In this document: positions 28,629-39,796 of the stretch, in pieces | Numbering within the stretch: position 1 is the first letter of the stretch | How the letters are laid out: the number at the start of each line of letters is the position of its first letter | Assembly (NCBI GenBank): GCA_028700415.1 | Contig: JAQVSS010000001.1 | Span: forward strand, 955-64,954 | DNA length: 64,000 nt | Reading direction: 5' to 3' | Source of the DNA: Kiritimatiellia bacterium | GTDB taxonomy: Bacteria > Verrucomicrobiota > Kiritimatiellia > RFP12 > UBA1067 | The notes under the pieces: model-generated | Seen by the model: only the letters and a program-made list of their open reading frames with translations | What the model was told of the DNA's origin: nothing | Database searches by the model: none | Position numbers and translations under genes: made by a program

Positions 28629-29549
28629 TCATCCGTTCGCCGCCAGAAACCGCTCGGCTTCCAGCGCGGCCATGCAGCCCGTCCCGGCAGCCGTTACCGC
28701 TTGCTTGTAGTGACGGTCCTGCACGTCGCCTGCCGCAAAAACACCCGGCGAAGACGTCCGCGTGTTCTCCGTGACAACATACCCGTCCGGATCCAATTCG
28801 ACCTGCCCCACAAACGCAGAGGTGTTCGGAGTGTGCCCGATCGCCACAAACACGCCCTGCAGCACGCGTTCGACGCGGTTCCCGGTCACCACATCCTTGA
28901 GGCGTATCCCCGTGACCTCGCCTTTTCGCGGATCGAGCACCTCCTCCACCACCGCATTCCAAACGACATCGATATTGGGCGCGGCAAGCACCCGATCGGC
29001 CATAATCTTTGAAGCGCGGAAAACGTCGCGCCGGTGCACCACGGTCACCTGTTCGGCCAAACGCGAAAGATAAAGCGCGTCCTCCATCGCCGTATCGCCG
29101 CCGCCGATCACCGCCACCCGTTGCCCTTTAAAGAAAGCCCCGTCGCAGGTGGCGCAGGCCGAGACGCCTTTCCCCATCAACTGCTGTTCTGAATCAAGCC
29201 CCAAATAGCGCGCGCTGGCGCCCGTCGCGATGATCACCGTCCGGGCTTCGAGGGTGCCGCCGACCATCAGCGAAACTTTTTTAACGCGGTCCGAAAAATC
29301 GCACGCCGAAACCTCATCCATCAGGAACCGCACGCCGAAACGTTCGGCTTGCTTGCGCATCGTGTTCACCAAGTCGGTCCCCGCAATCGGGGTTTCAAAA
29401 CCCGGGAAGTTCTCGACATCCGTGGTTTGCGTCAGTTGCCCCCCCTGCTGCATGCCGTCAATCACCACCGGTTGCAGATTGGCCCGCGCCGCATAAATCG
29501 CGGCCGTCAGCCCCGCAGGCCCGCTGCCGATAATCACCACATTTTCCAT
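28629..29549 (-). CDS. trxB: thioredoxin reductase
   Basis: IIGSGPAG, GGQLTQTTDVENFPG, CATC, GGGDTA, FAAGDV. Confidence 0.97.
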   Translation of the reverse strand: MENVVIIGSGPAGLTAAIYAARANLQPVVIDGMQQGGQLTQTTDVENFPGFETPIAGTDLVNTMRKQAERFGVRFLMDEVSACDFSDRVKKVSLMVGGTLEARTVIIATGASARYLGLDSEQQLMGKGVSACATCDGAFFKGQRVAVIGGGDTAMEDALYLSRLAEQVTVVHRRDVFRASKIMADRVLAAPNIDVVWNAVVEEVLDPRKGEVTGIRLKDVVTGNRVERVLQGVFVAIGHTPNTSAFVGQVELDPDGYVVTENTRTSSPGVFAAGDVQDRHYKQAVTAAGTGCMAALEAERFLAANG

Positions 29550-29597
29550 TCTTCTTCTCCCAACCACACGCATTCACCCGTACACCAAAGAGTTCCC

Positions 29598-31316
29598 TTA
29601 CGTGTACCGCAAAACCTCATCGACGGTCGTGTACCCGTCGAGCACATTACGGATCGCATCCTCGCGCATCGTCCGCATTCCAAGCTCACGGGCCCGTTCC
29701 CGGATAAAGAGCGTCGGGCGGCGCTCGTTGATCAGATCGCGGATCGGGTTCGTCACACGCAGATACTCAAACACGCCTTTGCGCCCCTTGTAACCGGTCC
29801 CGTTACACTTCGAGCACCCCCGGCCGTAATAAAACGGACGGTCACCCACGGCTGCCCGCTTTAAATCCAACCGCGACAGCGTGTCGTCATCCGGCATGTA
29901 GGGCTCCTTACAGTTCAAACAAATGGTGCGCACCAGACGCTGCCCCAACACAGCCTCCAGCGTCGACGCGATCAGATACGGCGCCACATTCATGTCGACC
30001 AGACGCGTCACCGCGCCGGCCGCATCATTGGTGTGCAACGTGCTGAAAACCAAATGCCCCGTGAGCGATGCCTGTACGGCGATCTCGGCCGTCTCGAAAT
30101 CGCGGATTTCACCGATCATCATGACGTCCGGGTCTTGACGCAAGAACGCACGCAACACCTTGGGGAACGTGTTTCCCGCGCTCGGGTTGATCTGGACCTG
30201 TACAATCCCGTCCATGTTATACTCGACCGGCTCTTCGGCGGTCAGCAACTTCTGATCAATGGTGTTGATCCGCCGAAGACACGAATAGAGCGTGGTGGTT
30301 TTACCTGATCCGGTCGGCCCCGTCACGATGATAATCCCGTTCGGCTTCTCGATGTCCATGGTCAGCTCTTCGAAAATATCTTCCGGCAACCCGACGTTCT
30401 CGAGATCCAGCGACACCACACTGCGGTCCAGCACACGGAGCACCACGCTCTCGCCGTGGGCGGTCGGCAGGCACGAAACACGCAGATCCACCGAGTGCCC
30501 CGCCACCGTCAGCGCAATACGCCCGTCTTGAGGAACACGCCGCTCAGCGATATTCAACCCGGACATCACTTTGATACGCGAAATGATCGGCAACGCCAAA
30601 CGGCGGGGCGGCGGCGACATCTCATACAGCGCACCATCCACACGGTAGCGGATCTTGAAATCGGTCTCGAACGGTTCAAAGTGAATGTCGGATGCGCGGT
30701 CGGTGACCGCCTGATACAACACCAGATTCACAAACCGGATCACAGGAGCGGCCGCAGCGGCAGACTCCAGACTTTTGTCATCCGCATCATCAACGTTCAG
30801 CGACGTGTCCAACGCCAAATCCGACTCGAGGCTGTTGAGCATGTCCGCGACCGTCGCGCTCTCGTCCCCGTAATACTCGGTCACGCGCGTCCGCACATCG
30901 TTCTCACGCGCCAGCACGAACTGCACGTCCTTGGTCAGCACGAACATCAGTTCATCCATCACATGCGGGTCGATCAGGTCACTCGTCGCCAACGTGATGG
31001 TGCCCGCCGTCGCATAAACGGGCAGGACGTTATACATGCGCGCCACGCTGGCCGGAATGCCCTGAATCACGTCGGTGTCGAGCGACATGACCGCAAGGTC
31101 GACCACATCACACCCCTGATAGGCGGCCATCATGCCCAACAGGTCGTCCTCGCTCACGTACCCGTTGTCAATCAGCAGCGTACGGATGGACTTCCCCGTG
31201 TTCTTGTGTTCCTCGCGCAACTCGTCAGCCTGCTGCTGATCGATGATCCCATTGCTGACGACCAGATCCACCAGCGGATCGTAGGAGGGCGCAACCGGTA
31301 CTAACGTCTCAGCCAT
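29598..31316 (-). CDS. pilB: type IV pilus / T2SS assembly ATPase (PilB/GspE family), copy 2
   Basis: [43 protein letters not shown], tetra-Cys Zn motif. Confidence 0.9.
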   Translation of the reverse strand: MAETLVPVAPSYDPLVDLVVSNGIIDQQQADELREEHKNTGKSIRTLLIDNGYVSEDDLLGMMAAYQGCDVVDLAVMSLDTDVIQGIPASVARMYNVLPVYATAGTITLATSDLIDPHVMDELMFVLTKDVQFVLARENDVRTRVTEYYGDESATVADMLNSLESDLALDTSLNVDDADDKSLESAAAAAPVIRFVNLVLYQAVTDRASDIHFEPFETDFKIRYRVDGALYEMSPPPRRLALPIISRIKVMSGLNIAERRVPQDGRIALTVAGHSVDLRVSCLPTAHGESVVLRVLDRSVVSLDLENVGLPEDIFEELTMDIEKPNGIIIVTGPTGSGKTTTLYSCLRRINTIDQKLLTAEEPVEYNMDGIVQVQINPSAGNTFPKVLRAFLRQDPDVMMIGEIRDFETAEIAVQASLTGHLVFSTLHTNDAAGAVTRLVDMNVAPYLIASTLEAVLGQRLVRTICLNCKEPYMPDDDTLSRLDLKRAAVGDRPFYYGRGCSKCNGTGYKGRKGVFEYLRVTNPIRDLINERRPTLFIRERARELGMRTMREDAIRNVLDGYTTVDEVLRYT

Positions 31317-31318
31317 TC

Positions 31319-32404
31319 CTACCTCCTTGCCTGAAGTTCATCCTTCAATTTCTGAACCAGCGTGTCCGGGTCCTGCGATTTGGTCACGAGGTCATCGTAC
31401 GAAATCAACCCGTTGAGATACAAATCCATCAGGTGCGAATCCAGCGAAATCATGCCGAATTTCGCACCCGTCTGAATATCGGAAGAGATCTGGAAGGTCT
31501 TGTTGTCGCGGATACGCGAACGGATGGACGGCGTGGAAATCATGATCTCAAAGGCGGCCACGCGCCCAGGCTTGTCCACGCGGGCCAGCAGCAACTGCGA
31601 GATCACCGCCACCAGTCCGACTGAAAGCTGCGTGCGCACCTGCTCCTGCTGGTCGGTCGGGAACGCGTCGACAATGCGGTCGACGGTCGCGGCCGCCCCA
31701 GTGGTATGCAAGGTGGCAAAGACCAAATGGCCGGTTTCGGCCGCCGTGATCGCCGCCTGCATGGTTTCAAGGTCGCGCATTTCACCGACCAGAATCACGT
31801 CCGGATCCTGACGCAACGCACGCCGGATGGCTTCGGCAAAGCTCGGCACATCATGACCGATCTCCCGCTGGGTCACCACCGATTTCTTGTGCGGGTGATA
31901 ATATTCGACCGGATCCTCGACCGTGATGATATGCACATCGCGCTCTTGGTTGATGATATCGATCATGCTGGCCAGCGTGGTCGTCTTGCCCGAGCCCGTC
32001 GGCCCCGTCACGAGAATCAGCCCGCGCGGCTTGAACAGCAGCTCTTTCACCTGCTCCGGAAGCCCGATTTGATCCAGGGACAGCAACTTGTTCGGAATTT
32101 GCCGCAAAACGATTCCGAAATGTCCCCGTTCCTTGAACACGCTGACACGAAAACGCGCGAGGTCGCCAAACGGCAAAGCAAAATCGGCGCCGCCACACCG
32201 GTCGATCTCCTGTAGCTTATCTTCGGCCGTGATCGCCCGCGACAACGCCTCTGTGTCTTCCTGCGTCAGGGGAGGGCTGTCCAGCGGCGTCAAATGCCCG
32301 TGAATGCGCAACATCGGCGGCACGCCGACGCGAATATGCAGATCGGAGGCTCCTTCATCGACCGTTGCCTGCAACAGTTCCATCATGTTGATTTCCGGAT
32401 TCAT
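31319..32404 (-). CDS. pilT: type IV pilus retraction ATPase PilT
   Basis: [45 protein letters not shown]. Confidence 0.95.
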   Translation of the reverse strand: MNPEINMMELLQATVDEGASDLHIRVGVPPMLRIHGHLTPLDSPPLTQEDTEALSRAITAEDKLQEIDRCGGADFALPFGDLARFRVSVFKERGHFGIVLRQIPNKLLSLDQIGLPEQVKELLFKPRGLILVTGPTGSGKTTTLASMIDIINQERDVHIITVEDPVEYYHPHKKSVVTQREIGHDVPSFAEAIRRALRQDPDVILVGEMRDLETMQAAITAAETGHLVFATLHTTGAAATVDRIVDAFPTDQQEQVRTQLSVGLVAVISQLLLARVDKPGRVAAFEIMISTPSIRSRIRDNKTFQISSDIQTGAKFGMISLDSHLMDLYLNGLISYDDLVTKSQDPDTLVQKLKDELQARR

Positions 32405-34098
32405 TAGTCTGCGTCTCCCATTGTTGCCCGTAAAACTTCCTCGAGCGTGGTCATGCCCGAAGCCACTTTTAACAAACCGTCCTCACGCAACGTCCGCATC
32501 CCCATTTCACGCGCACGGGCACGCAGCACCGTCGCAGGCGAATGGTCGAAAATCAAACGTTGGATCGTGTCGTCAATCTGGAAAATCTCAAAGATGCCTT
32601 TGCGGCCTTTGTAGCCAGACTGGCCGCATGCCGGACACCCTGTTCCCTTATACATCTGCGCGGTGGTCACATTCTTGGAAATCTCTCCCAGCATCCTCAT
32701 CTCGCGGTCAGTCGGCACATACGCCGCGCGGCATTTGTCACAGATCGCACGCACCAACCGTTGCGCCATCGCCGCACGCAGCGCCGACGCCACCAGGAAG
32801 GGCTTGACGCCAATATCCAAAAGACGCGTCACCGCACTCGGCGCGTCGTTCGTGTGCAGCGTGCTGAAAACCAAATGGCCCGTAAGCGCCGCCTCCATGG
32901 CGATATCGGCGGTCTCGGCGTCACGGATTTCGCCGATCATCACGATGTTCGGGGCCTGTCGCAAAATCGAACGGAGCGCGGCGGAAAAGTCGAGCCCCAC
33001 ATCTTTATTCACCTGCACCTGATTAATCCCGGACATCTGATACTCCACGGGATCTTCAACCGTGATGATCTTACGGTCAGGAAGGTTGATCTGTCCCAGA
33101 CAGGCGTACAAGGTTGTCGTCTTGCCGGACCCCGTCGGCCCGGTCACCAGCAACACGCCGTCCGGCAGACTGATCAGGCGCTCAAACTTGTTCTGGTCGT
33201 CCGAGAGGAACCCCAGCTGCGGCAACCCCAGCGAAAGGTTCGACTTGTCCAAAATACGCATCACGATGCTCTCGCCGTGATTGGTCGGCACCGACGACAC
33301 GCGCAGATCGAGATCCCGTCCCTGAACCTTGACTTGAATACGTCCGTCCTGCGGGATACGCTTTTCGGAGATCTTCATGTTCGACATGATTTTCACGCGG
33401 CTGAGAATCGCCGCCTGCAACCGCTTGGGCGGAGTGTCCACCTGCCGCAGCACGCCGTCGACGCGATACCGCACGCGGAAAACCCGCTCCATCGGTTCCA
33501 AATGGATATCTGACGCACGCATCTTGCACGCCTCGGTGATGATCATGCTGACCAGCCGGATGACCGGCGCATCCGAATCAGAAGCTTCCTGCCCGCCTCC
33601 GACCTTCTCCTTTTCGGCCACATCGATATCGCTATCAGACATCGCGCCATAGATGTTCTCGAATTCCTCCGGATAGAGCTTGTCGATGGCGGCTTTAACC
33701 TCGGCGCGCGGTGCCACCACGGCTTCCACATTCATTTTGAGCACATACCGCAGGCTGTCCACCGTGTCATAGCCCATGGGATCGCTCAGCGCGACGGTCA
33801 CCGAACCTTCTGCGAACCGGACGGGCACCACGCTATACTTACGCGCCACCTCCGTGGAAATCACGTCCTTGACCGCAGGTTCAATGGCATCCGCGTTCAC
33901 ATGCACGTATTCCATGCCGAACTGTGCGGCGATCATCGCCAACACGTCGTCTTCCGTCACCGCGCCCGTCTGGATCAAAATATCGAGCGTCGTCTCACCC
34001 TCTTGTTTAATCGAATTCAGGACCGTTTCGATTTGCCCAGGCGACACATACCCCTGCTCCTGCAAGAGTTGCAAGACATAATCGTCGTTTGATGTCAC
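32404..34098 (-). CDS. pilB: type IV pilus / T2SS assembly ATPase (PilB/GspE family), copy 1
   Basis: [36 protein letters not shown], tetra-Cys Zn motif; GTG start. Confidence 0.9.
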   Translation of the reverse strand: MTSNDDYVLQLLQEQGYVSPGQIETVLNSIKQEGETTLDILIQTGAVTEDDVLAMIAAQFGMEYVHVNADAIEPAVKDVISTEVARKYSVVPVRFAEGSVTVALSDPMGYDTVDSLRYVLKMNVEAVVAPRAEVKAAIDKLYPEEFENIYGAMSDSDIDVAEKEKVGGGQEASDSDAPVIRLVSMIITEACKMRASDIHLEPMERVFRVRYRVDGVLRQVDTPPKRLQAAILSRVKIMSNMKISEKRIPQDGRIQVKVQGRDLDLRVSSVPTNHGESIVMRILDKSNLSLGLPQLGFLSDDQNKFERLISLPDGVLLVTGPTGSGKTTTLYACLGQINLPDRKIITVEDPVEYQMSGINQVQVNKDVGLDFSAALRSILRQAPNIVMIGEIRDAETADIAMEAALTGHLVFSTLHTNDAPSAVTRLLDIGVKPFLVASALRAAMAQRLVRAICDKCRAAYVPTDREMRMLGEISKNVTTAQMYKGTGCPACGQSGYKGRKGIFEIFQIDDTIQRLIFDHSPATVLRARAREMGMRTLREDGLLKVASGMTTLEEVLRATMGDAD

Positions 34099-34129
34099 AG
34101 TCGTTCTCCTCTCAACGTGTTGCCGCCCG

Positions 34130-35569
34130 CTAAACCCGCTCCGCCAACTTCTCCGTCACCAGCTTGCCGACCTGCTGCGGGGCCGCCTTGCCATGACTCA
34201 GCTTCATCACCTGCCCCACCAAGAACCCCGCCGCCGCTTTCTTCCCGGCTTTATAATCCTCAACCGACTTTGGGTTCTCCCGGATCGCCTGCTCCACAAA
34301 CGCCTCCAGCGTCCCGGCATCGCTCACCTGCCCCAACCCGCGCGCATGCACCAAAACCCCCGGCATCCCGCCGTTGTTAAACAGTTCGGGCAACAGCTCT
34401 TTGGCCGTCGGCCCATTGATCGCGCGCCCGTTCACCAGCGCGACCAGCTCGGCCAGCGCCTCAGGCGTCAGCGCGCACTGCGTGATCGTCTTGCCCGTCT
34501 CGGACAACAGCCGCATGATCTCCGTCATGAACCAGTTGGACACGGTCTTGCCTTGGCCCTGACCGCACAGCCGCGCCGCAGCCTCGAAGAAGTCGGCGTT
34601 TTCTTTCGCATCCGCCAGCACTCCCGCATCGTACTCGGGAATACCGTATTCCGCCATCATCCGCACACGCCGCATCGACGGCAGCTCCGGCAGAAGGGCG
34701 CGCCAGGCCTCGACCTGCTCTGCGCTCAACACGATCGGCACCAGGTCCGGCTCCGGAAAATAGCGGTAGTCGTGCGCGTTTTCTTTCGTGCGCATCGGTT
34801 GCGTTTCGCCCAGTTCCGCTTCCCAGCGTCTCGTCTCCTGCACAATCACACCGCCATGACTCACCGCACCCAGCTGCCTCGCGATCTCGTACTCCAACGC
34901 GGCATAGATCCCTTTGAAGGTGTTCATGTTCTTGATCTCCACCTTCGTGCCGAGCGCCTCTTGCCCCTCGGGACGCACGCTGATGTTGACGTCCGAACGC
35001 ATGTTCCCCTCTTCGAGGTTGCAATCGCTCACCCCCGCATAGACCAGAATCTGTTTCAACGACTGCAGATAGGCCATCGCCTCCTCCGGCGATGACAGGC
35101 CCGGCTCAGAGACGATCTCCATCAGCGGCGTGCCGCACCGGTTGAAATCCACGCCGCTGAACCGCGCAGAGTGGTTGATCTTGGCCGCATCCTCCTCCAG
35201 ATGGATATGGTTAATGCGGATCCGCTTCTGTCCCTCGGGCATCTGGATCGTGACCCCTCCGCCCAAACAGAGCGGCTTGGCCTGTTGCGAGATCTGATAA
35301 TCCTTCGACATGTCCGGGTAAAAATAGTTTTTGCGGTCGAACGTGCTGACACGGTTGATCTCGCACCCCAGCATCAGTCCGGACATGACCGTCAGCTTAA
35401 CCGCCTCCCGGTTCATCACCGGCAAAGCTCCGGGATACCCAAGGCAGACCGGGCAGACATTGGTATTGGACTCCGTCCCGAACGCCAGGCTGCACCCGCA
35501 AAACATTTTGGTACGGGTCTTGAGCTGGACATGCGTCTCAAGCCCGATGGTGATCAGATACCCGCTCAC
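34130..35569 (-). CDS. gatB: Asp/Glu-tRNA amidotransferase subunit B
   Basis: IGLETHVQL, FDRKNYFYPD, HLEEDAAK, EIKNMN, YRYFPEPDL; GTG start overlapping gatA stop. Confidence 0.97.
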   Translation of the reverse strand: MSGYLITIGLETHVQLKTRTKMFCGCSLAFGTESNTNVCPVCLGYPGALPVMNREAVKLTVMSGLMLGCEINRVSTFDRKNYFYPDMSKDYQISQQAKPLCLGGGVTIQMPEGQKRIRINHIHLEEDAAKINHSARFSGVDFNRCGTPLMEIVSEPGLSSPEEAMAYLQSLKQILVYAGVSDCNLEEGNMRSDVNISVRPEGQEALGTKVEIKNMNTFKGIYAALEYEIARQLGAVSHGGVIVQETRRWEAELGETQPMRTKENAHDYRYFPEPDLVPIVLSAEQVEAWRALLPELPSMRRVRMMAEYGIPEYDAGVLADAKENADFFEAAARLCGQGQGKTVSNWFMTEIMRLLSETGKTITQCALTPEALAELVALVNGRAINGPTAKELLPELFNNGGMPGVLVHARGLGQVSDAGTLEAFVEQAIRENPKSVEDYKAGKKAAAGFLVGQVMKLSHGKAAPQQVGKLVTEKLAERV

Positions 35570-37008
35570 TGCCGGACCTCCTGCTCGTATGCGTATGCCG
35601 CACGCAGGATCTTGTCCTCGCCGAACGCAGGACCCAACACCTGCACGCCCACAGGCAGTCCTGAAAGCGTTTTCCCGCAGGGAACCGAGAGTCCGCAGAT
35701 GCCGGCCAGGTTCGCGGGCACCGTGAAAATGTCGCCCAGATACATCTTGAGCGGATCGTTGCACGTCTCGCCAATGCGGTAAGCAGGCGTCGGGGCGACC
35801 GGCGTCATCAGCACATCGCAGACCCCGAAGGCCTTCACAAAATCCTGCCGGACCAGCGTGCGGACCTTTTGCGCCCGCCCGTAATAGGCGTCGTAGTACC
35901 CGCTGCTCAACACATACGTCCCCAAAATGATGCGGCGTTTGACTTCGGTGCCGAACCCCTCGGCGCGGCTCTTGGCGTACAGGTCAAGCACGGACTCGGG
36001 ATGGGGCGTCCTGTGCCCGTAACGGACGCCGTCAAAACGCGCCAGATTGGCCGAGGCCTCGGCCGTCGCGATGATATAATAGACGGCGACCGCATATTCG
36101 GTGTGCGGCAGGCTCACCTCGACGATCTCCGCACCCGCCGCCGCACAGCCGTCCACCGCCTTGCGCACGCACGCCGTCACTTCAGGGTCCGAGCCTTCGA
36201 TGTAGTATTCTTTCGGCAACCCGATCCGCAGCCCCTTCAATCCGCCCCGCAAGGCCGCGCAGTAGTCCGGGACCGGCATGTCCAAGGTGGTGCCGTCGTG
36301 CGGGTCGCAACCCGCCAGCGGCTGCAAAAGCATCGCGGCGTCTTCGACCGTTTTCGTGACCGGCCCCACCTGATCCAGCGATGACGCGTACGCCGTCACC
36401 CCGTAACGCGACACACGCCCGTAAGAAGGCTTCACTCCCACGCATCCGCAAAAAGAGGCCGGCTGCCGGATGGATCCTCCGGTGTCTGTGCCCAGCGCGG
36501 CGACCGCCTCGCCGCCTGCCACCGCCGCCGCCGAACCGCCGCTCGAACCGCCCGGCACGCGCGTCACGTCGTGCGGGTTGCGGGTGATTTTGAACGCCGA
36601 CCCTTCCGTCGAGGAGCCCATCGCAAACTCGTCCATGTTGGTGCGTCCGGCAAAAACCACGCCCGCCTCGCGCAACCGGGCAGAGACCGTGGCGTCATAG
36701 GGCGACACATACCCCTCCATCTGTTTCGATGCGCACGTGCACGGCTGACCTTTCACATTGATCAGATCCTTGACCGCCACCGGCACGCCGAGCAACGCGC
36801 CCTTGCGCCCCGCCGCCCGCGCGTCATCGGCCGCCTTTGCCTGTTGCAGCGCGCCATGGGCGTCCACGCTCAGATAGGCGTTGAGCGCGCCGTCCTCCCG
36901 CTCGATTGTTTCGAGTAACGCACGCGTCAATTCTACCGAAGAAAAATCCCCTCTTCTCAGCCCCTCCGCCGCCGCACAGAGTGTCAATCCCGAAAAAACC
37001 GGTTTCAT
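35566..37008 (-). CDS. gatA: Asp/Glu-tRNA amidotransferase subunit A
   Basis: Amidase signature TNMDEFAMGSS, PGGSSGGSAA, GTDTGGSIRQPA, KRRIILG. Confidence 0.97.
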   Translation of the reverse strand: MKPVFSGLTLCAAAEGLRRGDFSSVELTRALLETIEREDGALNAYLSVDAHGALQQAKAADDARAAGRKGALLGVPVAVKDLINVKGQPCTCASKQMEGYVSPYDATVSARLREAGVVFAGRTNMDEFAMGSSTEGSAFKITRNPHDVTRVPGGSSGGSAAAVAGGEAVAALGTDTGGSIRQPASFCGCVGVKPSYGRVSRYGVTAYASSLDQVGPVTKTVEDAAMLLQPLAGCDPHDGTTLDMPVPDYCAALRGGLKGLRIGLPKEYYIEGSDPEVTACVRKAVDGCAAAGAEIVEVSLPHTEYAVAVYYIIATAEASANLARFDGVRYGHRTPHPESVLDLYAKSRAEGFGTEVKRRIILGTYVLSSGYYDAYYGRAQKVRTLVRQDFVKAFGVCDVLMTPVAPTPAYRIGETCNDPLKMYLGDIFTVPANLAGICGLSVPCGKTLSGLPVGVQVLGPAFGEDKILRAAYAYEQEVRQ

Positions 37009-37048
37009 CTCGTCCTAACTCCTCATCCCTAACGCCTCCGCAAGACCG

Positions 37049-37339
37049 CTAGGCGTCTTCCACAATCTTCGGGAGCTTGAAGTCAAACCCAGCCCTCTCC
37101 GGGGCATTCGCCAAAAAACATTCGCGGGGCAACGACGGCACCACCACGTCCTCGCGGAACACATTGACGCGTGCCTGACCATGCAACGTCGGCTCAATGC
37201 CGCTGACATCGAGCCCGGCGATCTTCTCGACATACCCGACGATCATCTCCAACTGCTGTTGGAACGTGTGTTCCTCATCCGGCGTCAACTCCAGACGCGC
37301 CAGTCCGGCCACATAGGCCACATCAATCTTATGGCTCAC
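37049..37339 (-). CDS. gatC: Asp/Glu-tRNA amidotransferase subunit C
   Basis: VAGLARLEL, NVFRED, FKLPKI; position before gatA; start uncertain (37339 or 37357). Confidence 0.93.
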   Translation of the reverse strand: MSHKIDVAYVAGLARLELTPDEEHTFQQQLEMIVGYVEKIAGLDVSGIEPTLHGQARVNVFREDVVVPSLPRECFLANAPERAGFDFKLPKIVEDA

Positions 37340-37524
37340 CCATCTCTCCTCGCCCACCGGGCGGTGGAACTCTTAAAATAAACCGGATTTATAATACCCT
37401 TTTGAGCTTTCCGGCACAATTCAAATGAGCGGGACGGGCAAAAGAAAAGACCGGTCCCCTCCCGTCTCCAGACGGACAGTCGCCGACCGCAACGTCCGAC
37501 GCCAAACGAGCCTCTTTATATACG

Positions 37525-37560
37525 AAAAAACCGGGGGGGATGTGTGACATCCGCCCCGGC
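37525..37560 (-). terminator. rho-independent terminator after acpP
   Basis: Minus strand CCGGGGCGGATGT-CAC-ACATCCCCCCCGG followed by TTTTTT. Confidence 0.8.
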
Positions 37561-37583
37561 TTCAGCTCATTTGGGGAAGGCGC

Positions 37584-37832
37584 TTATTCCTGACCGAAAC
37601 CTTTTCCAGACAGGTACTCGAGCACCTTGCCGACTGACGTCAGCTTCTCGGCGTCCTCGTCCGGGATTTCCGCACCGAACTCCTCTTCAAACGCCATGAT
37701 CAGCTCGACGGTGTCCAGCGAGTCCGCGCCCAGATCATCGATGAACGATGCCTCCGGCGTGACCTGCTCGGCATTGACGCCCAACTGCTCAACAATGATC
37801 TCTTTGACCCGCTCTTCGAGTTTGCTTGACAT
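37584..37832 (-). CDS. acpP: acyl carrier protein
   Basis: [12 protein letters not shown] phosphopantetheine motif; RBS AGGAGAG. Confidence 0.97.
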   Translation of the reverse strand: MSSKLEERVKEIIVEQLGVNAEQVTPEASFIDDLGADSLDTVELIMAFEEEFGAEIPDEDAEKLTSVGKVLEYLSGKGFGQE

Positions 37833-37892
37833 GTACTCTCTCCTTGACCTAGTTTCCCTTAGTGTGGCCACGGCCCGAGCCGCGCCTCATCA

Positions 37893-38636
37893 TCACATGA
37901 CCATACCGCCATTCACACTCAGCACTTGACCCGTCACATACGAGGCTTCGTCCGAAGCCAGGAACGCGACTGCCCGCGCAATATCCTCCGGTTCGCCGAA
38001 GCGTCCCAGCGGAATGTTCGCCAGCATTTTGTCACGCACGTCCTGAGAAAGCGCATCCGTCATTTTTGATGAAATGAACCCGGGTGCAACCGCATTGACG
38101 CGCACTCCGCGGGAGGCCAACTCCCGCGCCGTCGATTTGGTCAATGCGATAACCCCTGCTTTCGACGCCGCATAATTACACTGACCGGCGTTGCCGATCA
38201 AGCCAATTATTGACGCGATATTGACAATCGCTCCGCTGCGTTGCTTCATCATGTGCTTGGCAACGGCGCGCGAAAAAAGGAACGTGCCCTTCAGGTTGAC
38301 GCGGAGAACCGCATCCCAGTCTTCATCCGTCATCCGCACCAGCAGCGTATCCTTGGTGATGCCCGCATTGTTGACCATGACGTCGACCTTGCCGAACGTC
38401 TTGATCACCTCGGCGATAGACGCGTTGACCGCTTCGCCGTTTCCGACGTCCACGGCCAGCGGCAACGCCTTGCGTCCCAGCCCCTGCACAGCAGCCGCCG
38501 TATCGGCAAGCCACTCAACCTGCAAATCGCACACGGCCACATCGGCGCCCAGAGCCGCCAGTTTCTCGGCGATCTGACGCCCGATGCCGCGCGCGGCACC
38601 GGTCACCACCGCCACTTTTCCTTCAAACGAACCCAT
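37893..38636 (-). CDS. fabG: 3-oxoacyl-ACP reductase
   Basis: [31 protein letters not shown]. Confidence 0.96.
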   Translation of the reverse strand: MGSFEGKVAVVTGAARGIGRQIAEKLAALGADVAVCDLQVEWLADTAAAVQGLGRKALPLAVDVGNGEAVNASIAEVIKTFGKVDVMVNNAGITKDTLLVRMTDEDWDAVLRVNLKGTFLFSRAVAKHMMKQRSGAIVNIASIIGLIGNAGQCNYAASKAGVIALTKSTARELASRGVRVNAVAPGFISSKMTDALSQDVRDKMLANIPLGRFGEPEDIARAVAFLASDEASYVTGQVLSVNGGMVM

Positions 38637-38682
38637 GCCTATCATCCCTTCCTTAATCCATACACCGCGGGGCACCCACCGC

Positions 38683-39609
38683 TCAAGCCTGTTCGGCTTG
38701 ACAGAACACATCCAAGGACGCCCCATCCTGAATCGAGGCCGTCTGGACAGTCTTGTCGATCCGCTTGATCAGCCCCGAAAGCACTTTACCGGGACCGAAC
38801 TCGACAAACTCAGCCAGGCCCGCCCCAACCGCACACTTCACGCAGTCGGACCAGCGCACCGGTTCGGTCACCTGCCGCAACATCGCGTCCTTGATCGCCG
38901 CCGGATCGTCGCCGTGCAACGCGCCGCTCACGTTCGCGAGCACCGGCATCTGCGGAGCCCGGAACGTCACGCCGTCGAGCACCGACGCCAGTTTGGCGCG
39001 TGCCGACGCCATCAGCGGGGAATGGAAAGCGCCCGCCACGTTCAGCACAATGGCCTTCACGCCCAGCCCGGACGCCACCGTCGCCGCAGTCGCCACCCCC
39101 TCCTTGAGACCGGAGAGCACGACTTGCGTGTCGGAATTGATATTGGCGACCGTGATCCCAGCCTTGTCGCAAATGGTCTGCAGTTGCTCACCCGAAGCGC
39201 CCATGATACTGATCATGCCGCCCGCCTGCTCCTCGCACGCCTGCTGCATAAAACGCCCGCGTGCCTCGAGCACCGTCAGCGCCGATTCAAAATCCAAAAC
39301 GCCCGCCACATGCAAGGCCGTCCACTCCCCGAGGCTGAGCCCCGCGGCCATTTGGAAGGTCAGGTTAGGGCACCGCTTCCGGAGGGTACGGAAAGCCGCC
39401 ACGCTCACCGTGAAGATCGCAGGCTGGCAGATGTTGGATCTGGTCAACTCTTCCGCCGGCCCTTCAAAACAGACCTTCGCGAGATCGAACCCCAACACCG
39501 CATTGGCATGCGCAAACAGCGCGGCGGCATCGGCGTCCGCAGCAAAATCCTTCCCCATGCCGGGCACTTGGGCACCCTGCCCGGCAAAAACACAAACTTT
39601 TCCGCTCAT
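38683..39609 (-). CDS. fabD: malonyl-CoA:ACP transacylase
   Basis: [28 protein letters not shown]. Confidence 0.96.
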   Translation of the reverse strand: MSGKVCVFAGQGAQVPGMGKDFAADADAAALFAHANAVLGFDLAKVCFEGPAEELTRSNICQPAIFTVSVAAFRTLRKRCPNLTFQMAAGLSLGEWTALHVAGVLDFESALTVLEARGRFMQQACEEQAGGMISIMGASGEQLQTICDKAGITVANINSDTQVVLSGLKEGVATAATVASGLGVKAIVLNVAGAFHSPLMASARAKLASVLDGVTFRAPQMPVLANVSGALHGDDPAAIKDAMLRQVTEPVRWSDCVKCAVGAGLAEFVEFGPGKVLSGLIKRIDKTVQTASIQDGASLDVFCQAEQA

Positions 39610-39676
39610 GTGCGTCTCCTCTTCGCTTGTTCCCGCAACTGCACCTTAAGACCTAGTCGGGCGTTTGAGGTGGCGC

Positions 39677-39707
39677 AGTTTGACACATTTATGAAAATTG
39701 TCAAACT
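39677..39707 (-). promoter_or_regulatory. palindromic promoter/operator upstream of fabD
   Basis: AGTTTGACA-N13-TGTCAAACT inverted repeat; one arm is a perfect TTGACA on the minus strand. Confidence 0.55.
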
Positions 39708-39796
39708 CAAAACATTCTCAAAAATTGCTTTTAGGATATCACAGCACTCAAACCAATGCGACAGGAAAAATAGGCGTTACTCGCTCGTCGCACCCC

